From: Hemiscyllium ocellatum
Lineage: Eukaryota
NCBI RefSeq assembly: GCF_020745735.1
Contig: NC_083429.1
Span: 3,077,139-3,141,138 of the forward strand
Direction: 5' to 3'
Length of the DNA: 64,000 bases
Made by a program: the position numbers and the translations under genes. Numbering within the stretch: position 1 is the stretch's first letter; every line of letters starts with the position of its first letter. Below, in pieces: positions 63,052 to 64,000 of this stretch. The notes beneath the pieces are model-generated. The model saw only the letters and a program-made list of their open reading frames with translations, was not told the DNA's origin and did no database searches.

Positions 63052-63244
63052 CTGCATGGAAATCAGAAACTTGTGTGAATTGCCAAATCTATCAGAGTGT
63101 AGCTGCTGACATGTTTGTGAACAACACGTTGCTCAGTGCAGGGTCTCCCTCCAACTGTACGTTGAGATGGGGAGAATTCATTCAGAATCTGTAGCTCTCT
63201 CGCAACGAACATGGGGTCTCCATAGAGAATGTAAGCTATCAGAC

Positions 63245-63900
63245 AGTCATGGAGTTCAACAGCAGGGAGATAGGCCCTTTAGCACAAACTTTTCTATGCC
63301 AACCAAAATGTCCATTCATGCTAACTCCATTTCCCTGCACTTGACCCATATCCTGCTAAACATTTCCTATCAATTTATCTGTACACATATGAAAATATGT
63401 ACTGCAGGAAAACACGTGTCATATTTCACGCTATTGTTTTGTTTTGGGCATAATGAGTCCTGGTTCAAAACACTCAAGTTTTATTGCAATCACTTTTTAA
63501 TCTTTTGCTGCATTATAGGTTAAACACTCATTTCCTTCACACTCTCCTCATGATACGATCACTGCAGGGATTAGTCTGGTCAACCTCCTTTACGCTATCT
63601 CACTATAGCATTCCTTATAATGGAGAGAAAATCTGTTCACAATGCCCCACGTGCTGTCTCTATATCTCTCTACAACTGCAGGGAGGTGTCTTCACGCCTA
63701 TATTTGAATCATTCTTCAATGAAGGACAGTATACAATTTACTGTGCTGATTATTTGCTGCTCTGTATGAATTCTGTCAGTGACTCATGACCAAGGGCATT
63801 CAGCTCTTTTTCACCAAGAACACTTCCCATCATCTCACCTTCTCATAAATACAAAATGAGAAGGATGGTATGTTTTGCCAAATCATTTCTTTGCCTTGCC
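63245..63900 (-). mobile_element. CR1 tail (63245-63380) and old CR1 fragment (63520-63900)
   Basis: Antisense tail and RT motifs. Confidence 0.65.
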
Positions 63901-64000
63901 AAAAGCTTTACTTCCAGCACAGCCTGGCCAACAGCAACATAACTATTGCCATTGGAGATTATTGGAGATGTGAGGAGGCGATGGCCCAGCTGTATTATCT

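Noticed and set aside
1-64000. Ig/TCR cluster (recombination signal sequences)
   Set aside because: Isolated CACAGTG heptamers occur, but I saw none with a correctly spaced ACAAAAACC nonamer or an adjacent V/J segment.

Overview
This is vertebrate nuclear DNA, almost certainly from a shark or ray. The evidence is the repeat content: HE1-type tRNA-derived SINEs, CR1/HER1-type LINEs with (TTCTATG)n tails, and SacSINE1-like heads. Most of the window is nested, decayed transposable elements: many CR1 fragments, an L2/Jockey-group LINE, one internally deleted L1, several families of Penelope-like elements (PLEs), a TA-flanked Tc1/mariner-pogo-type MITE, a solo LTR and minisatellites. I could not assemble an intact multi-exon protein-coding gene. 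I found no rRNA, true tRNA or CRISPR array, and most entries in the ORF track are TE debris or chance ORFs. Three less obvious structures stand out. (1) There are three layers of local duplication: about 0.3-9 kb vs 14.3-20.3 kb, 31.7-32.4 kb vs 33.0-33.6 kb, and 33.6-34.9 kb vs 62.7-63.8 kb. These suggest a decaying tandem multigene array. (2) A minus-strand coding-like exon occurs in two paralogous copies (62852-63051 and 34141-34337) whose differences are enriched for synonymous changes; I could not name the protein family. (3) A recurrent class of fold-back PLE mini-elements has its inversion point on a minimal hammerhead-ribozyme motif, including one perfect 58-bp-arm hairpin and one intact-looking ribozyme core. 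Repeat boundaries are approximate and family names come from recalled motifs, not from a database search.
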